Positions 38,684 to 52,100 are shown, counted from the first letter of the stretch. The stretch: 64,000 nucleotides of DNA from Eledone cirrhosa (GCA_964016885.1 OZ024742.1:101494001-101558000), one strand, 5' to 3'. Notes: generated from the sequence alone by a model not told the origin. Numbers and translations: made by a program.

Positions 38684-38854
38684 ATTTGGAAATGTGAGCA
38701 TCCCAAACGCAGAAAATAGCTATTAAAACTGAGGCACTAATGTCTACTTTTTTCCATCTCTAAAAGTAATTTACCCAATGTTCTTAACTATTATCTCTAG
38801 GGATCAACTGTTATTACATTTATTTTCTCCATTTGGGACTCTCACATTTTCAAA
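38684..38854. repeat. MITE-like inverted repeat (partial relative at 6310-6410)
   Basis: TTTGGAAATGTGAGCATCCCAAACGCAGAAAATA ... TATTTTCTCCATTTGGGACTCTCACATTTTCAAA. Confidence 0.6.
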
Positions 38855-40439
38855 TTTACGTTGGAAAGTTTAATTTAAGCAGGAACCTTTTAAAATATAT
38901 TGTTTTGTTTTCTAGAAGCAGAGGCTGTTTTGGGCAGGTTGGTATCAAAAAGATTAACGTGAGACTTCTTTTTTTCTCATTAATAGATTAGTTCCTACCT
39001 TTTGTGACGGTTTTCAGGAATATTTTCTTTCTCCTTATTACTTACAACACCTCTCTTGCTCACTCTTTAACTCACCCACCTCTTCATCTTCTCAAGATTA
39101 ACAACCACATAAATATATCAAACAACTCGAAATGAAACCAATATGTTGAAGACTGCTTTCATATAGGCACCATCAAGCATTTCTAAGGTCCCCTGAAATG
39201 CTCCAATGGACACACAGTCAAACATCTACAATGGCACCCCAACAACTGGCTGTACCAGTTACAGCAAGTTAACTACACAGAGCAGAGTTAATAGAGAGGC
39301 TAGCATAAAAACAGTAAATAAAGAGATTTTACAGATTGATTAGTGCAATGATGACACAAAACAATGCACTGCTATTATGTATCATTGTACAGTCCAACTA
39401 TTGCATCTGCATTGGTGTAAGTAAAAAAAAATATTTGAAATTTTCAACAAGCTAGCTTATAATCTTATAATTATAACTTTATAATCTGCTACTAATTTTT
39501 TTAAAGAAAATATAACTACTATCTCTAAAGAACTATATTCTATAAATCTTCACTCCTCTTGTAGGAAATATATATTGTAAGGAATGTAGAAGTTAGAGAA
39601 ATATGTCAGTGGTGGGTTACTAACTTAGTTCAGCTGCAGAATTATCAATCCACTGTTCTTTCTGCATGTGATCGTATATCTTCTTTCTACCTTCTTGTAC
39701 CAGTATAACTTTGATAATTGATATTGTTATCTTGGTCTGAAGCTAAATGAAGTGGGAAAATTTGTGAGTAGGTTTGGCATTTAAATTTAGTTTTATTTCA
39801 TCATATATTTTTAAACTACAGCATCACTAACACACTCAATGTTTGCTTTGATTTAAAAATGTATTGCTTTCCTCCTCAAACAGAAAAACCACATGGCTAT
39901 GTGTTGCCTTCATATCCATTAAGTAGGATTTGTGACTTTGATATACTGACATAACCCTTCATTACCATATTTCTAATAAAAAACACTGTATATAATTTTC
40001 AAATAAATAAAATTTTGGAGAGGGCTAGTAAAATAACTAATTTCCCCACTATTAAGTTGCTGTTTGGGACATTAATTAACAAATTGTGATGGAAAGTCTT
40101 TAGATTAATATAAAGTTTTCTATTATAGAACCAAAGACAATTTCAGGCATTTTGTTATCAAGAGTTAACATTCCTTTGATTCAAGACGTTCCTTCAATGC
40201 AGTCTCTCGTCACATTCTAAACTAACTTTGTTATAAAAATACACAATTTCATTCCATGCTTTACAAACCATATTTTTTCAAACAGATTTAATAAATCAGT
40301 AGTTTATTTCTTCTGATTGTGTAAGTTAGGATTAAAGATTGCTTTGTAGTTTCAAAACATGAAGAGAGAGAGACATAGATTTTTTTAATTTTTTAAAATA
40401 TTTTACATAGTCAGGTAGCAGTTTAAAAAAAATTACTTG

Positions 40440-43400
40440 GGAGGTCTGGAGCAAGGGATAATAACCATGGTCTTCTGAGACCAGAGGGAAAAATACTCTT
40501 AATGCTTCACTCAACTGTTGCATTCCACCTCTTTTGGAAAGGCAGAAGTACAGATTTTGCAGAATTGCAACAAATGATTTTTGCTTTAAGAAGGGAAGTA
40601 ACAGGAATAAAGGCAAGCATTCGGGTAGGACCCCACAATGAGGGGTCTTATCGGAATGCCTTGCTAAAGAATCTCGCTGTACCTCTTGCCGTATCTGGGC
40701 ACACTGAGAAGACTGCGGAATCTGCTACCCATGAAGTAATTGCCATTGGGGTACCAGAGGACAAGGCTGGTCTTCAGGCATTTGCTGCCAGCTCAGCCAA
40801 AGACCTAGGCTGTGTTCCCCCAAAGGGTGCTCTCCGCCTTGGTCGACCTGGTCCAAAACCCAGACTCATCAGGCTGTCTTTTTCGGACCCCGCTGAGGCA
40901 ATTTCATATCATCTGGCCTCTGTTAAAGTTGGGCGTGAAAATTGGATTACCTTCCGAACACGCCCAGGCCTACCACCCAATGTACATCCAAAGCTACGTG
41001 CTGCAGCTTCCTTGAATCGGAACTCAGCACAACATGAAAGTTTTAGTCTGCGTGATGATGGGCAGATCTGAAGGTTTGTTAAGGCTGGTGAAACGTGGAA
41101 GAGAGATACCAGCTCGTCTGAGTGTGCTCTACCCACAATAACTGGCAATGAAAAAACTGCAAAAACTCTGGGAAACTAAACCAGAACAACCTGCCATCCT
41201 CTACACACCATCATAAACTGCAAGCAGGGTAAAAATTGTTGTCCTTAAATGCTCGCAGTTTATGCAACAAGATACATCTGTTTAACTCCTACGTCAGAAG
41301 CATCGACCCTGACTTCATCACAGTCACGGAAACATGGGCACATTCCTTACTCTGTGATGGAGTTTTCATCATTACTCGGTACAACCTTTTCTGCAAGGAC
41401 TGCATTAATCGCCGTGGTAGTGGTGTGATGGTCTACGTTCATTCAAATTTTTCGATAATTCCTTGCGTTGATTTGAACGAATCACAAGAAGAAGTTTTTT
41501 TTTGTGACATACGTATGACCATGGCAACACTTCTGCTTGGTGTTGTTTATCGCCCCCCAAACTACCATCAAGACACACAGCTTTGCGATATCCTCAGAGC
41601 TGCTGCCAGGAAAACAGCCACTTATGTGTTTATTGCAGGTGACTTCAATCATCCTGAGATCGATTGGGAAACCTTTCGTTGGCCCCAAAGTGCAAACGAT
41701 TTCCTTGAGCTAGTGCTGGACTCAAACTGGTCACAAGTAGTCACCTCTCCAACAAGAGGTAACAACACTTTAGACCGGATCTTCACCACTACTCCTGAAG
41801 TGGTTATCAGTTGTACTACTGAGGGACCTCTAGGCGACTCTGATCATGCTATGATCATTGCCAATCTGGCTGTTGCGGGCAGCAACAAAAACCAGAACCA
41901 TCTCCAATCTGTTTGCTTTGATTGGAAGAAAGCAGATTGGAACTTGTACTGCACTGAGCTACAGCGCCGAAACTGACATGAGTTCTATAACTCTGGAGAT
42001 GTGAACACTATACTCCAGAGCATCCTGGACTCAATATGGATAGCGTGTGCAGCATCGGTGCCACATAAGCAGAAAAAAAAACACCCCAAAAGTGCAATTT
42101 GGGAAACTTCAGCGGTCCGACTTGCCAGGAAAGAACGTTGGAACACTGAACGGGAATATAAACTGCATAAATCAGATGCCAACAGAAAAAAGCAGAATAA
42201 ATCTTCCAACCATCTCAAGCAAGTGACAAAAAAGGCAGTGCTTGAATTTGAACAGTGCATAGCAACCAATCCTGACAGTAAGGTGTTCTGGAAATATGTT
42301 CATTCAAAGCAGAGACCTCACTCTCCAGTTGGTCCTCTTCGCAATCCTCACACAAGCCAGATCACTGACGATCCCAATGAATGCGCAGAACTCATTGCTG
42401 AGTGCTATGCAAGCATTTTTACTGTTGAAAACCAGAATGTACCATCTCCACCATCTCTAACATCAAATTCCATAACTATGGAATTTACATCTGCAATGTT
42501 GCGACGTCACCTTAAGAATAAGCGCAACTATGCCTCCCCTGGTCTTGATGGTGTTACATACCTGCTTCTCAAATGTGGCGGGTACTTCCTTTTGCACCAG
42601 CTTTCTTTTTTCTTTCAATACTGTCTCAGCAATGATGCTACTCTGGAGCAGTGGAAAACTGCCAGTGTCATTCCCTTGTTCAAAAAGGGCGACCGCACGT
42701 CACCTGTCAACTATCGTTCAGTCAGTCTTACTAGCTGTATTGCCAAACTGATGGAATCTTGTGTCAGAGAAACACTTTGGAACTTCTGGAGCTCTCACAG
42801 CCTCATCCAGCCCTTGCAGTTTGGATTTATCCCTAACTCCAGCTGCTGTGATCAGCTTATCGTGTTCCTTGAAGACATTACCCGGTTCACTGACAGTGGC
42901 TCATGGGTGGATGTTGTTTACCTTGACTTTGCTAAGGCTTTTAATTCTGTGCCACACAAAAGACTTATGGCGAAACTCTCTGCAATGGGTGTGAGGGATG
43001 ATCTTTTTAACTGGTTGAAATCCTTCATTCTCAGCCGAAAAGAAGTAGTCATGGTTCTAGGACAGGATTCTTCACCATATGAGATGTCATCTGGTGTACC
43101 ACAGGGATCTGTTCTTGGTCCCCTTTTGTTTGTGGCATATATTAATGAAATAAATGCCAACTTAAAGAATGCCACGGTACTGAAATATGCAGATGACATC
43201 AAGCTGTATCTTGAAATCAAAAGGACTGATCCTGAAATCTACAACTCTTTCCTACAATCAGACCTGGTCACAATGCAGCAATAGATCACAGACTGGCAAC
43301 TGAAGCTGGCTGTGGACAAGTGTACCACCATGCATTTTGGGAGGAAAAATCCAGCGTCCACATACTCCCTCCACAACACTGATATTAAGAAGTCCTCTTG

Positions 43401-44152
43401 TGAATGTGACCTGGGCATTACTGTCAGCAGCGATCTGTGTTGGACAAAGCATGTCTCTAAGATTGTCAAGAAGCCGAGGGTGTCTTGGTATCACTCAGCA
43501 AGACCTTTGTTAGCCGCTCTCCAGCCATCTATTTAAAGCTGTATACAGCTATGGTACGACCACACTTGGAATTCGCATCATCAGTCTGGAACCCCTATTT
43601 TGCTCAGAACATTGACCTCCTGGAAACTGTTCAGAGACGTGCAACCAAGCGCATACCTTCCATCAGACACCTACCATACTCTGAACGCCTTGCTTCCCTG
43701 GGCATGGATTCATTGAAGCTCCGACATCTGGCAATGGACTTGGTAAACACCCACAAAGTTATTAACCATCTCGCCAACAACAGCCCTGAGCACCTTTTTG
43801 ATCTCCATGTGTCTAACACACGTGGACATGCCTACAAAATCAGAAAACAGCACAGCTCCCATGACTTTCGGAAACATTTTTTCACGCTCAGAGTTGCTGA
43901 AGCATGGAACAAACTGCCTGCGTCAGTTGTTAGCTGCCGAGACACTGCATCCTTTAAAACCTCCATGCTTCCCGAAATTCGCCAAAACTACAGCTGATGT
44001 ATCCCTTCCATACACATGCACACATGTGTAAATTATGTCTCATGCACTGTTCATTTTCCTGACGTTTGTACATTACTCTATGTACTACACATACACTTTT
44101 TGATGAGTTGTAGTGCACCTGAGCACTGTACACAATATTTTCATTATTATTA
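40440..44152 (+). mobile_element. Near full-length CR1/L2-group LINE (ORF1 + APE-RT ORF2), inactivated
   Basis: ORF1-like 40502..41071 (IAIGVPE...RLGRPGPKPRLIRLSF). APE 41236..41976 (VTETW, GDFNHP, SDH). RT 42001..43997 (YLDFAKAF, GVPQGSVLGP, YADD). (ATT)n tail. In-frame stops plus a frameshift near 43470. 5' boundary approximate. Confidence 0.92.
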
Positions 44153-44276
44153 TAAATACAACTCATTTTTGGCAGCTGGGTGAACTGATGCAACGTGAAA
44201 TAAAGTAAACAAAGACACAACGTGCCACCAGGGCAAGGAATCGAACTCACGATCTTATAATTTCTCTCTCTCTCTA

Positions 44277-44286
<10 letters not shown>

Positions 44287-44357
<71 letters not shown>
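44287..44357. repeat. (AG)n microsatellite
   Basis: About 35 AG units. Confidence 0.98.
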
Positions 44358-44361
<4 letters not shown>

Positions 44362-44509
44362 CTTGATTACGTTACGAACTGATTTCAAGTGTTACAATGA
44401 ATATACAGATTTCAGAATTACAACAAACAAAAAAATGATCTAAGCATAAAGGGAATTAATCCATGTTTAACAAATTTCTATTTAGTTCAAAGAATGTAAA
44501 TTTAAAAAA

Positions 44510-45060
44510 AATGGGAGAAGAGAAGTGCACAAATTCTCGGGGCACTGGGTTGATGCTTTGCCAGTAGTCAAAATCCCCATTGCACTCAGCAGAATCGAAG
44601 CCGATGTCTGTGGGGGATTTAAATGCCAGAGCAGACCTGAGGTCTTCATGCCAAAATGCAGATAATTTCGCTTGCCATACCGAGTTGAACCTAATTATCA
44701 AGCGAAGCCAGCTGGATTGTTCTGGGTAAGAGGTAGATGTCTCATTTGAGACTCTGCAGTTAGCGACTCCTTTGCTCCTGTCCATATCGTGGATGCTACG
44801 GTAAAGGTGAGGGTTACTGCATCCGTAGCTGAACGAAATAAGATTCTAAAATACCAGGAATTATATATAGGCATACTATTTTTTCAGCCTGTGGCGTTCG
44901 AGACGTTTAGGAGAGCTGGACCTCCATCAAGGAGGTTCTTATTGTTGGCGGCTTGCCGTACCAAAGTATCAGGCTTGCCTCAAAAATCATTAGAGAGGTT
45001 GCCCGGTACTCCTCGCGACGTTGCTGTCTTTTGCTCTGGTGTTGGATCGGTTTCCTTTCC
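44510..45060 (+). mobile_element. CRE-like retrotransposon relic
   Basis: HTELNLIIKR-like segment at 44676-44704 and KILKYQ...FQPVAFETF in ORF 44789..45076. Confidence 0.62.
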
Positions 45061-45619
45061 TTTACATTTTCTTTAATATTGTAACATTAAAAGAATATAT
45101 CTTTCTGAAAAAATCGCGAGCAATTTATAATATTATCTAAGCATTTGTAATATTATTTATGTATATATTTAAAACATATTTGTTATGTTATTCTACTGTA
45201 AATTTATTTATATGCTCTATATAATAAAAAGAAAAATATTTAAAACTTATTGATTACACTCAACAACAGGGAAAGCTGATGTCGCCCTCTAAACGTTTTG
45301 ATGAAAACCAAGTTATTCACGGCATTACTACGTGTAATAGCGAAGCTAAGGCCCTGGAACAACCAAGCACCCTAACGAACATCACAATACTTCAGTAAGA
45401 TGAGTCGCTGACGATGTCAAAAACTTTATCAGCGACACAGTATCTCTTGACGATCTGGGCTATTTTAAAATTTATTGAAATCTATCTTTTAAATAAGCAC
45501 TGCCTTGGTGGGACCATGATATAAGAAACAATTGTATATCATTTATTTTTTTTTATAATAAACAAGGCAAAGCCTGAAAATTACACATGTCATAACATGT
45601 TAAATAAAAAATGCAAACA

Positions 45620-46260
45620 AAAACCGAGTGCTAAATTCTCGGAGGACTGGATTGATTCTTTGTTTGTGGCCAACATCTGTGGCCTATTCAGTCTGGATGA
45701 GTTATGTATCTGCTGCTCGCAGACTCAGAGCCTCCGAGTCTGAGGGTGCCGGAGTCCATGTCTGGGGATGGGTGTTTAAATGTCGTCGTGGTCAGCCTCT
45801 TGACTCCACAAGTCTTGCCGCTTGAATAAAGGTAGCTCCGCTCACCATACCGAGCTGAACCTAATTATCAAGCAGGTCATAGCTTAAATTCATATCCCCT
45901 CAAATCTAGAGCCAGCTGGATAGTCCAAGGTTGATGGTCTTACCCTTTGCCGTCCCAGTTAACGATTTATTTTGCTCCCTTCCACATACTTCAGGCAGCA
46001 ACGAAAGTGTCATTGCATCTGCAGCTAAACAAAATAAAATTCTAAAATACCAAGGATTATCGGCAAACTATTTTTCAGCCTGTGGCGTTCGAGACAACGA
46101 ACTTCTTATCATTGTTGGCGATTCGCCTTACCAACGTTTCAGGTGATTCTCGCGAGGGTGCTTGGTTATTTCAGCGTCTTAGTCTCGCTATCACTTGCGG
46201 CAACGCTGCGTGTATGTTGTTGGTTTGCTTAAAAATTATTAGAGGTAAACTTCAGCGCCC
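45620..46260 (+). mobile_element. CRE-like retrotransposon relic (second related copy)
   Basis: HTELNLIIKQ, KILKYQ and GDSREGAWLFQRLSLAITCGNAACM (ORF 46082..46312). Confidence 0.68.
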
Positions 46261-46709
46261 TTTGTTGTGGTGTGTGTGTCTTTTAACACTTTCCCCCCCT
46301 CTTGTTTATTAATTTTATTTTATATAAATTGTTTATTTGTATGCATTATATTAAAAAAATTTAATGAGATAAACCCCGAAAAATGTAATCAAGCAATTTC
46401 TTTTATTTCAAACAAATATATTTAGAAAGATCAAACGGTACATCAGTAGTAAAATGAATGTCTGAACCTAGTGAATTTAATCTAATCATCCAATCTATCT
46501 AATTAATACTATTGTTTAAAATCCAAATAGAGAAAGAAATATATAAGTATTTAAATCTGACAACCTTGCTTTTCTTTATCGAAACACGTTGAAAGTTCGC
46601 TATTATCTCAATATTTTCAACACTACATCGATTCAGTACAATTAGTGTTGAATCTATAGTAGATGATCATAGGAACAGATAACAAATAAGTTTAACGACA
46701 AGCACTTAC

Positions 46710-46775
46710 TATTTTTGTTGCTCTGTATGGACCGCTGAAGTCATTATCGTCGTTCGCTACAATGTTTGAATTCAT
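46710..46775 (-). CDS. DEPDC1: DEP domain-containing protein 1 (DEPDC1A/B co-ortholog), coding exon 1
   Basis: Translates MNSNIVANDDNDFSGPYRATKI then GTAAGT donor (phase 0). GPYRAT matches the DEPDC1-family N-terminus. Confidence 0.9.
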
Positions 46776-46996
46776 AGTGCATATTAAAAGGAACACTATC
46801 TCCTTTGGGGTTGATGTTTAAAGTGGTAACCCTTCAAAAACGCATAAACATTTGAGTAACAGTTCGTAAACATTTAAAAACTTCCCTTCAAAGGGCCCGC
46901 AACTTTGTTTCATTGGTTGTTCATTTAGAGACGCAAGTCGGTCATTGGTCAATAAATATGCCAATCAGGCGTTTGTCTGCTAGACGGTGTAAAAAC
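46776..46996. promoter_or_regulatory. Compact bidirectional promoter/5'UTR region shared by DEPDC1 and OSBPL9
   Basis: 221 bp between divergent ATGs. CCAAT boxes at 46912-46916(-), 46944-46948(-) and 46961-46965(+). CHR-type TTTGAA at 46887-46892(-) and 46833-46838(-). Confidence 0.8.
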
Positions 46997-47104
46997 ATGG
47001 CGATCATTGAGGGTCCTCTTAGCAAATGGACTAATGTAATGAAAGGTTGGCAATACCGATGGTTTGTTTTAGATGAACATTCTGGATTGCTTTCCTATTA
47101 TACG
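46997..47104 (+). CDS. OSBPL9: Oxysterol-binding protein-related protein 9, exon 1 (PH domain)
   Basis: aaacATGG Kozak context. [36 protein letters not shown], near-identical to the ORP9 N-terminus. GTAGGT donor. Confidence 0.95.
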
Positions 47105-49254
47105 GTAGGTCGTTCGTTTTAATATTGGTATTTGTCATTCAGAATGAAAAAAATATATATATTTGCTTCATTATCTTCCTAGTCAGTCTGTCATATCGAC
47201 CGTATGCTATGATTAATTTTTACTTATTTATTACACATCTTTGTAATGTCTTTATCGCATGTAAACAGTTAGCATTAGTTTTGTCGAACATCAAACATTT
47301 GTTCTGTTTCAACCACTTGATCTTTACTGCTGTACATAGGTATGGTGAAGAACTCGACTATAAATATACAAGGTGTCCGAAACATAACTGTCCCTCCCCT
47401 TCTTTATTACAGCTTCTTACAACGTCACACCAGCTTACATTGTTGATTCAATGCTGTATTACATTTTAACTGCTGTCCCAGCAATGAAAATAACTTATTT
47501 TTGCGGGAATATGTGTGATTGCCACAATTTTTAATTAACAGGACACCTTGTTTGTTTTTGGATGGGACGGAATAAAAGACATACATATTTCTCGAATAAT
47601 CTATCTTGGGTACCAACCATATTTTTATCCTAGTGGTCTTGTAATATGTCAAATGTCCAGAATACATTATGTATGTATGTGTACACACACACACACATAT
47701 ATATATATATAGGTTGCCTGCTTTTTTTTCACCCGCTAGCGATGACAATTCTTTTTTTCCAAACCATACTGTAACCAATGTGTCTTTTTTAGAGTATGAT
47801 CTGAGGTATCTTTGGTTGCTATTTTTAGCGTTTTTAATTAACAGAACATTCTTATTTGTAAAATAAAAGATGAAATCCTTCGTTTTACGATCATTGACAA
47901 CCTCCGATAACTTACATGAATGAAAAAACAATGACTTTTAAAAAACACAATCGTGATCTACACTTTCGAACATGTATCTCTTCAAAACATGGGATATGAA
48001 GGAACTTATGCGGAAACAAAGTACGGTGGGGGCACTAAACTATAGTTATGTCGTCCTATGTATGTGTACACACACACATATAAATATATATTTATGTATA
48101 ATATATGTGTAAGCATACATAACTACAATTTAACGTAGATTACGTCATTTAATATGTCAAAAATATTCAGAAAACGCACACACAGAAGTATGTGGTGTAT
48201 CCTCTTTATTTTACGTTCGCTTTCTACACTGGCATGGGTTGGACGGGTTGTCACGATCAAAGACCAGGCGGGGGTCGGAGCGATCTCATTTTGCTCATAC
48301 TTTCTACATTTGGCATGGTTTCTACCGCTGATTACCCTTACTAATGCCAACCAACTTACATAATGTAGTGGATGCGTTTTTCGTGTCACCCCTACTACTA
48401 CTTTACAGATTGTACTAGTTCAGACTGAAGAGTTCTTTCAAACCTTATGTTGTCTCGGTTCGATCGCCAACACTGTAGCTTCTTTTAGTGTCGCAGTGCT
48501 TGTTACTGGTGGGCGGGTCTTTTGTATTATGGCATATTGCCAGTCAGCTCACTCCTGTCATCTCTATCGTGAGGTTCACTTTCTTAAGGTCATTCTTCAC
48601 AACTTCCTCCCATGTCTTCCTCGGTCTCCGTCTTCCACAGGTTCCATCCACTTCTAGCGCTCATCCCTTTATCTTCTTCTATACAACTCGCGCTCTCCTT
48701 ATGCATCACATTACCGTATCAACGCAGTCGCCTCTCTTGTACGCTACATTCAGTTCTTGTTCTCAACCTTTCTCTTGGCTCATTTGTGGCTTATTATACA
48801 TGTATATAAACATTTCAGCATAGCTGTTTGAACATAAGCATCATATAATCTGCCCTTCACTCTGAACTCCTTCCACTTATTCTTCATACTCCTCTACTGC
48901 TAATCGGGTCTCACAGACAGCGAAAACTATCCTCTACTTCTGAACATTTGAGTTTATTCATGAGTAGCCTCACGGTTGACTACTCATGTGCACCCATCAC
49001 ATGTGAAGTGTACCTTTCAAGGCTGGCATACCCATGATCCCACTACATATTTTGTGTGTCCATTATCTACACTGGGTACACTGTATGAAGTTTTTACATA
49101 CTCATTTTTAGCATATTGAACACAGGCATTTATCTAATAGTATCCTTTCATCTTTTTTATTTACTAAAACTTTAGTCGTTGTTAGGTTTACTTTGAAACA
49201 CTGATTCAAGATTTTGTTTCAATATGTCACGAATTATTTTACGGTTTCTGCTGT

Positions 49255-50100
49255 GAGTGCTAGATCAGCATACATCAGGAATTGCGATTAGAGTATGGAA
49301 TGTTTGGAGAGAGGCGGTGGCTGACGAGTTAGGTGTGGCAGTGGGTTTGTAGAAGATGGAGGTTGGGATTGGTTAATAGAAAGATATCCAGAAATTGGAT
49401 GTAAGAGTCAGAGACGGTGGAGGTGAAAGAGCTGTATGGAAAGATTGGACAAAGTAAAAGAAAATGTTGAGCTGTTCACAATGAAGAGAGGTCGCATTGA
49501 TACAGTCATCGATATAACAACCATAGGTTGATAAACAACTAAGGTGGGTCCAGTATATTAGGAGACAATTTGGACTTCAACATAATGAATAAACAAGTTG
49601 ATATACTTGAGGCCTATTCCAGTTCTCATGGCTACCCCAGTGTCCTGGTAGAATTTTCTAGAAAAGGAAAAAGTTAAATGTGAGTAGGAGCTTAACAAGG
49701 TGGAAGAGAGTAGAGGTTCTAGACTAGAATATGAGATGTATATCCAAAAGGTGTTGGAGAGCATGGAAACCATCATCGTGAGGGATGACGGTGTAGAGGG
49801 AGGTGATGTCTAAGGAAGGCAAGATAGGCAGGGAGAGAAGGAAAAGGAGTTGAAAAGTCAGAGAGCTTGGTTAGTGAATAATGGTATAAGGGTGTCTAGG
49901 CATTGGGAAATGAGCTCAGTGGGGCAGTTGCAGGCAAGACGATGGTATGGCCAGGGTTGTTAGGTCTGAAAATTTGGGGGAGGAAGTAGATGGTGGTGAT
50001 GCAAGGTGTGCAGTGGAGAGAAAGAGATGAGTAAGTGATAGGTGGAAGACAGGAGCTGTTGGTAGCGTGGGATGGGGTTAGAAAGTAAAAGGGGTTTGTG
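49255..50100 (-). mobile_element. Penelope-like element reverse-transcriptase relic
   Basis: Minus strand gives IYFLPQIFRPNNPG (cf. FYxLPKIHKPxNPGRPI), GVAMRTGIG..Y.NLF (ORF 49558..49776), YIDDC at 49502-49516 and IFYKPT. Confidence 0.8.
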
Positions 50101-51149
50101 AAGTCACCTTCAGCCGATTTAATGATGATATCATTATGATACCGCAGGTTGTGAAGAACTCAGCATAGGGGGTGTTAGTGCGTCAAGAGCACTTACCCAA
50201 TTTGAAGGGGTTCAATCCACCTGGTTAGAGCTCGATGTCCAGTTTAATGGTCAGTAGCCATGACTCATGAAGCAGTCTGTATTGGCTGATGTGGTCACAG
50301 CTTAAAGCATTAATAGTAAGATTCTTATATGCTAATTATTCATAAACATATATACACCTTCATGTACACCTCTATTATGAAGTGTGCTATATTAGTGCTG
50401 CTAATTAATCCTAGTCAGTCAAGATTGCAATATATGTAAGTGAACATCTCCAGCTATGTCTTATTTGCACTATATGCAAAGAAGCATCTCCAGCCAATGT
50501 CTCCTATACAAAAAAGGCATATAAGTTATTGTTTCTCAGTGTGGAGTAACTGTCACTGGTGACAGATAAATATCCAGAGGCACATGTCAAGGCTGTGATA
50601 TGATACCAGCAAAAAACATTAATAGCAAAACTCTTGTATCTTTATTATACATAAATATATCATATATGTTTTCTTATTATGAACCTCACAATGTTAGTGC
50701 AACTGCTAATAAATATATGTATATGTGTATACATAGAGAGAAGCCAGAGCTATAGAAAACATAAAAACAAGCTCTAAGGCCTTCATTAAATTTGCAAAAG
50801 AACTCACCTCAGTGCATTACAGGTTAGAGCCAATTTTCCATATAAATGGCTCACTGACCACAGTCCCCCAAAGGATAAATGAGGTAATGAACAAGCAATA
50901 TTTTTCACATTCCCAATGAGGCACATGCAAATAAACAAGCCAGATGAGTTCTTTAACAATGACAGCGCTACATGGGAAAATAGCAACTATTGACTACATA
51001 GGTATAAAAGAGATGTATTATTGGTCATAGATGTACTGAGATCAAATTCAGCTGTTGGCTCTGATTGATTAATTCCAAGCAATCCTCCTAAAAATATGCA
51101 GGTTCCCTTGCAAGTTAAACTACCCGAAAAGCTAAAAGATGGTATAATA

Positions 51150-52100
51150 TGGCCATAAAAGAAGCAGAGCAGATACCAAAAACTACAAACTTGTCTCCTT
51201 GACCTCTCATATCAGCAAATCATGGAACAAATCTTCAAAAGGAAACCGATCATATTCTTAGAGGAAAATAGCCTACTAACTGACACCCAGCAGAGGTGAA
51301 TGGCTTCATGTCATCTTAAAAGACAGAAGCCTGACTGTTGCAGCCAATGGGACCCTCCAAAGGTAACAATAATAACAAGTATTGGGACCACTGCTGTTTG
51401 TGGTGGCTCTCTCAGACATGCCATCCATAGTACAGACAGTCTTCTTCATTAGCTATGCTGATGACATGAAAGTAGCACATGAAATGAAGGATCTGGCTGA
51501 TGCTACTCTTTTACAAGATTTTAATGCCATATACAAATGGGTTGAGGACAACAGTATGCAGTTTAATGTTGGAAAATTTCAAGCATTCTGCAATCAACCT
51601 GCAAACATAAGGCTGCTACAACAAAGCCTCACTGAAGCAAAAGGAATTGAAATCCCTGAGTCAAAATCAATGTGGGACCTGGTTATTGACATGAGCAATG
51701 ATGCATCATTTCATGCACATATCACTAAAATGTGCAGATGACTGGTTGGTCAGATTCTCAGGTCTTTCAGGACAAGAGACCAGGAAATCATGTTGGTCCT
51801 CTAGAGGACATTTGTCTCAGTTGATTGGACTATTGCTCTCGGTTGTGGTCACCCCACAGTGCCAAACTAGCTGCAAAACAATGATATACATAAGGAAGAT
51901 CCTAATATTGCAATAGCCAAGGGTTCAAAAGCCTCTAGCTCCTTAATAAAATACCAAAAAGCTTATTAATGAACTAGGGGCTGTTTTCAAGAAACGTCTC
52001 AACAGTCGGTTAACCAAAATCCCAGATGAACCAACAGCATGCGATGAAGTACAGATAAGGGCAGCAGCAACAAACTCCCTCTTACATCAATGGTGAACCA
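51150..52100 (+). mobile_element. Old CR1-group LINE RT fragment (different family)
   Basis: ORF 51382..51741 contains GPLLFVV...SYADD...WVEDNSMQFNVGKFQ. Confidence 0.75.

Noticed and set aside
45405-45436. GTCGCTGA...TCAGCGAC stem-loop
   Set aside because: Single 8-bp stem with no recognisable RNA family or supporting context.
46913-46996. N-terminal extension of OSBPL9 in the ORF track
   Set aside because: Starts at TTG within a CCAAT box. Homology and Kozak context begin at ATG 46997.
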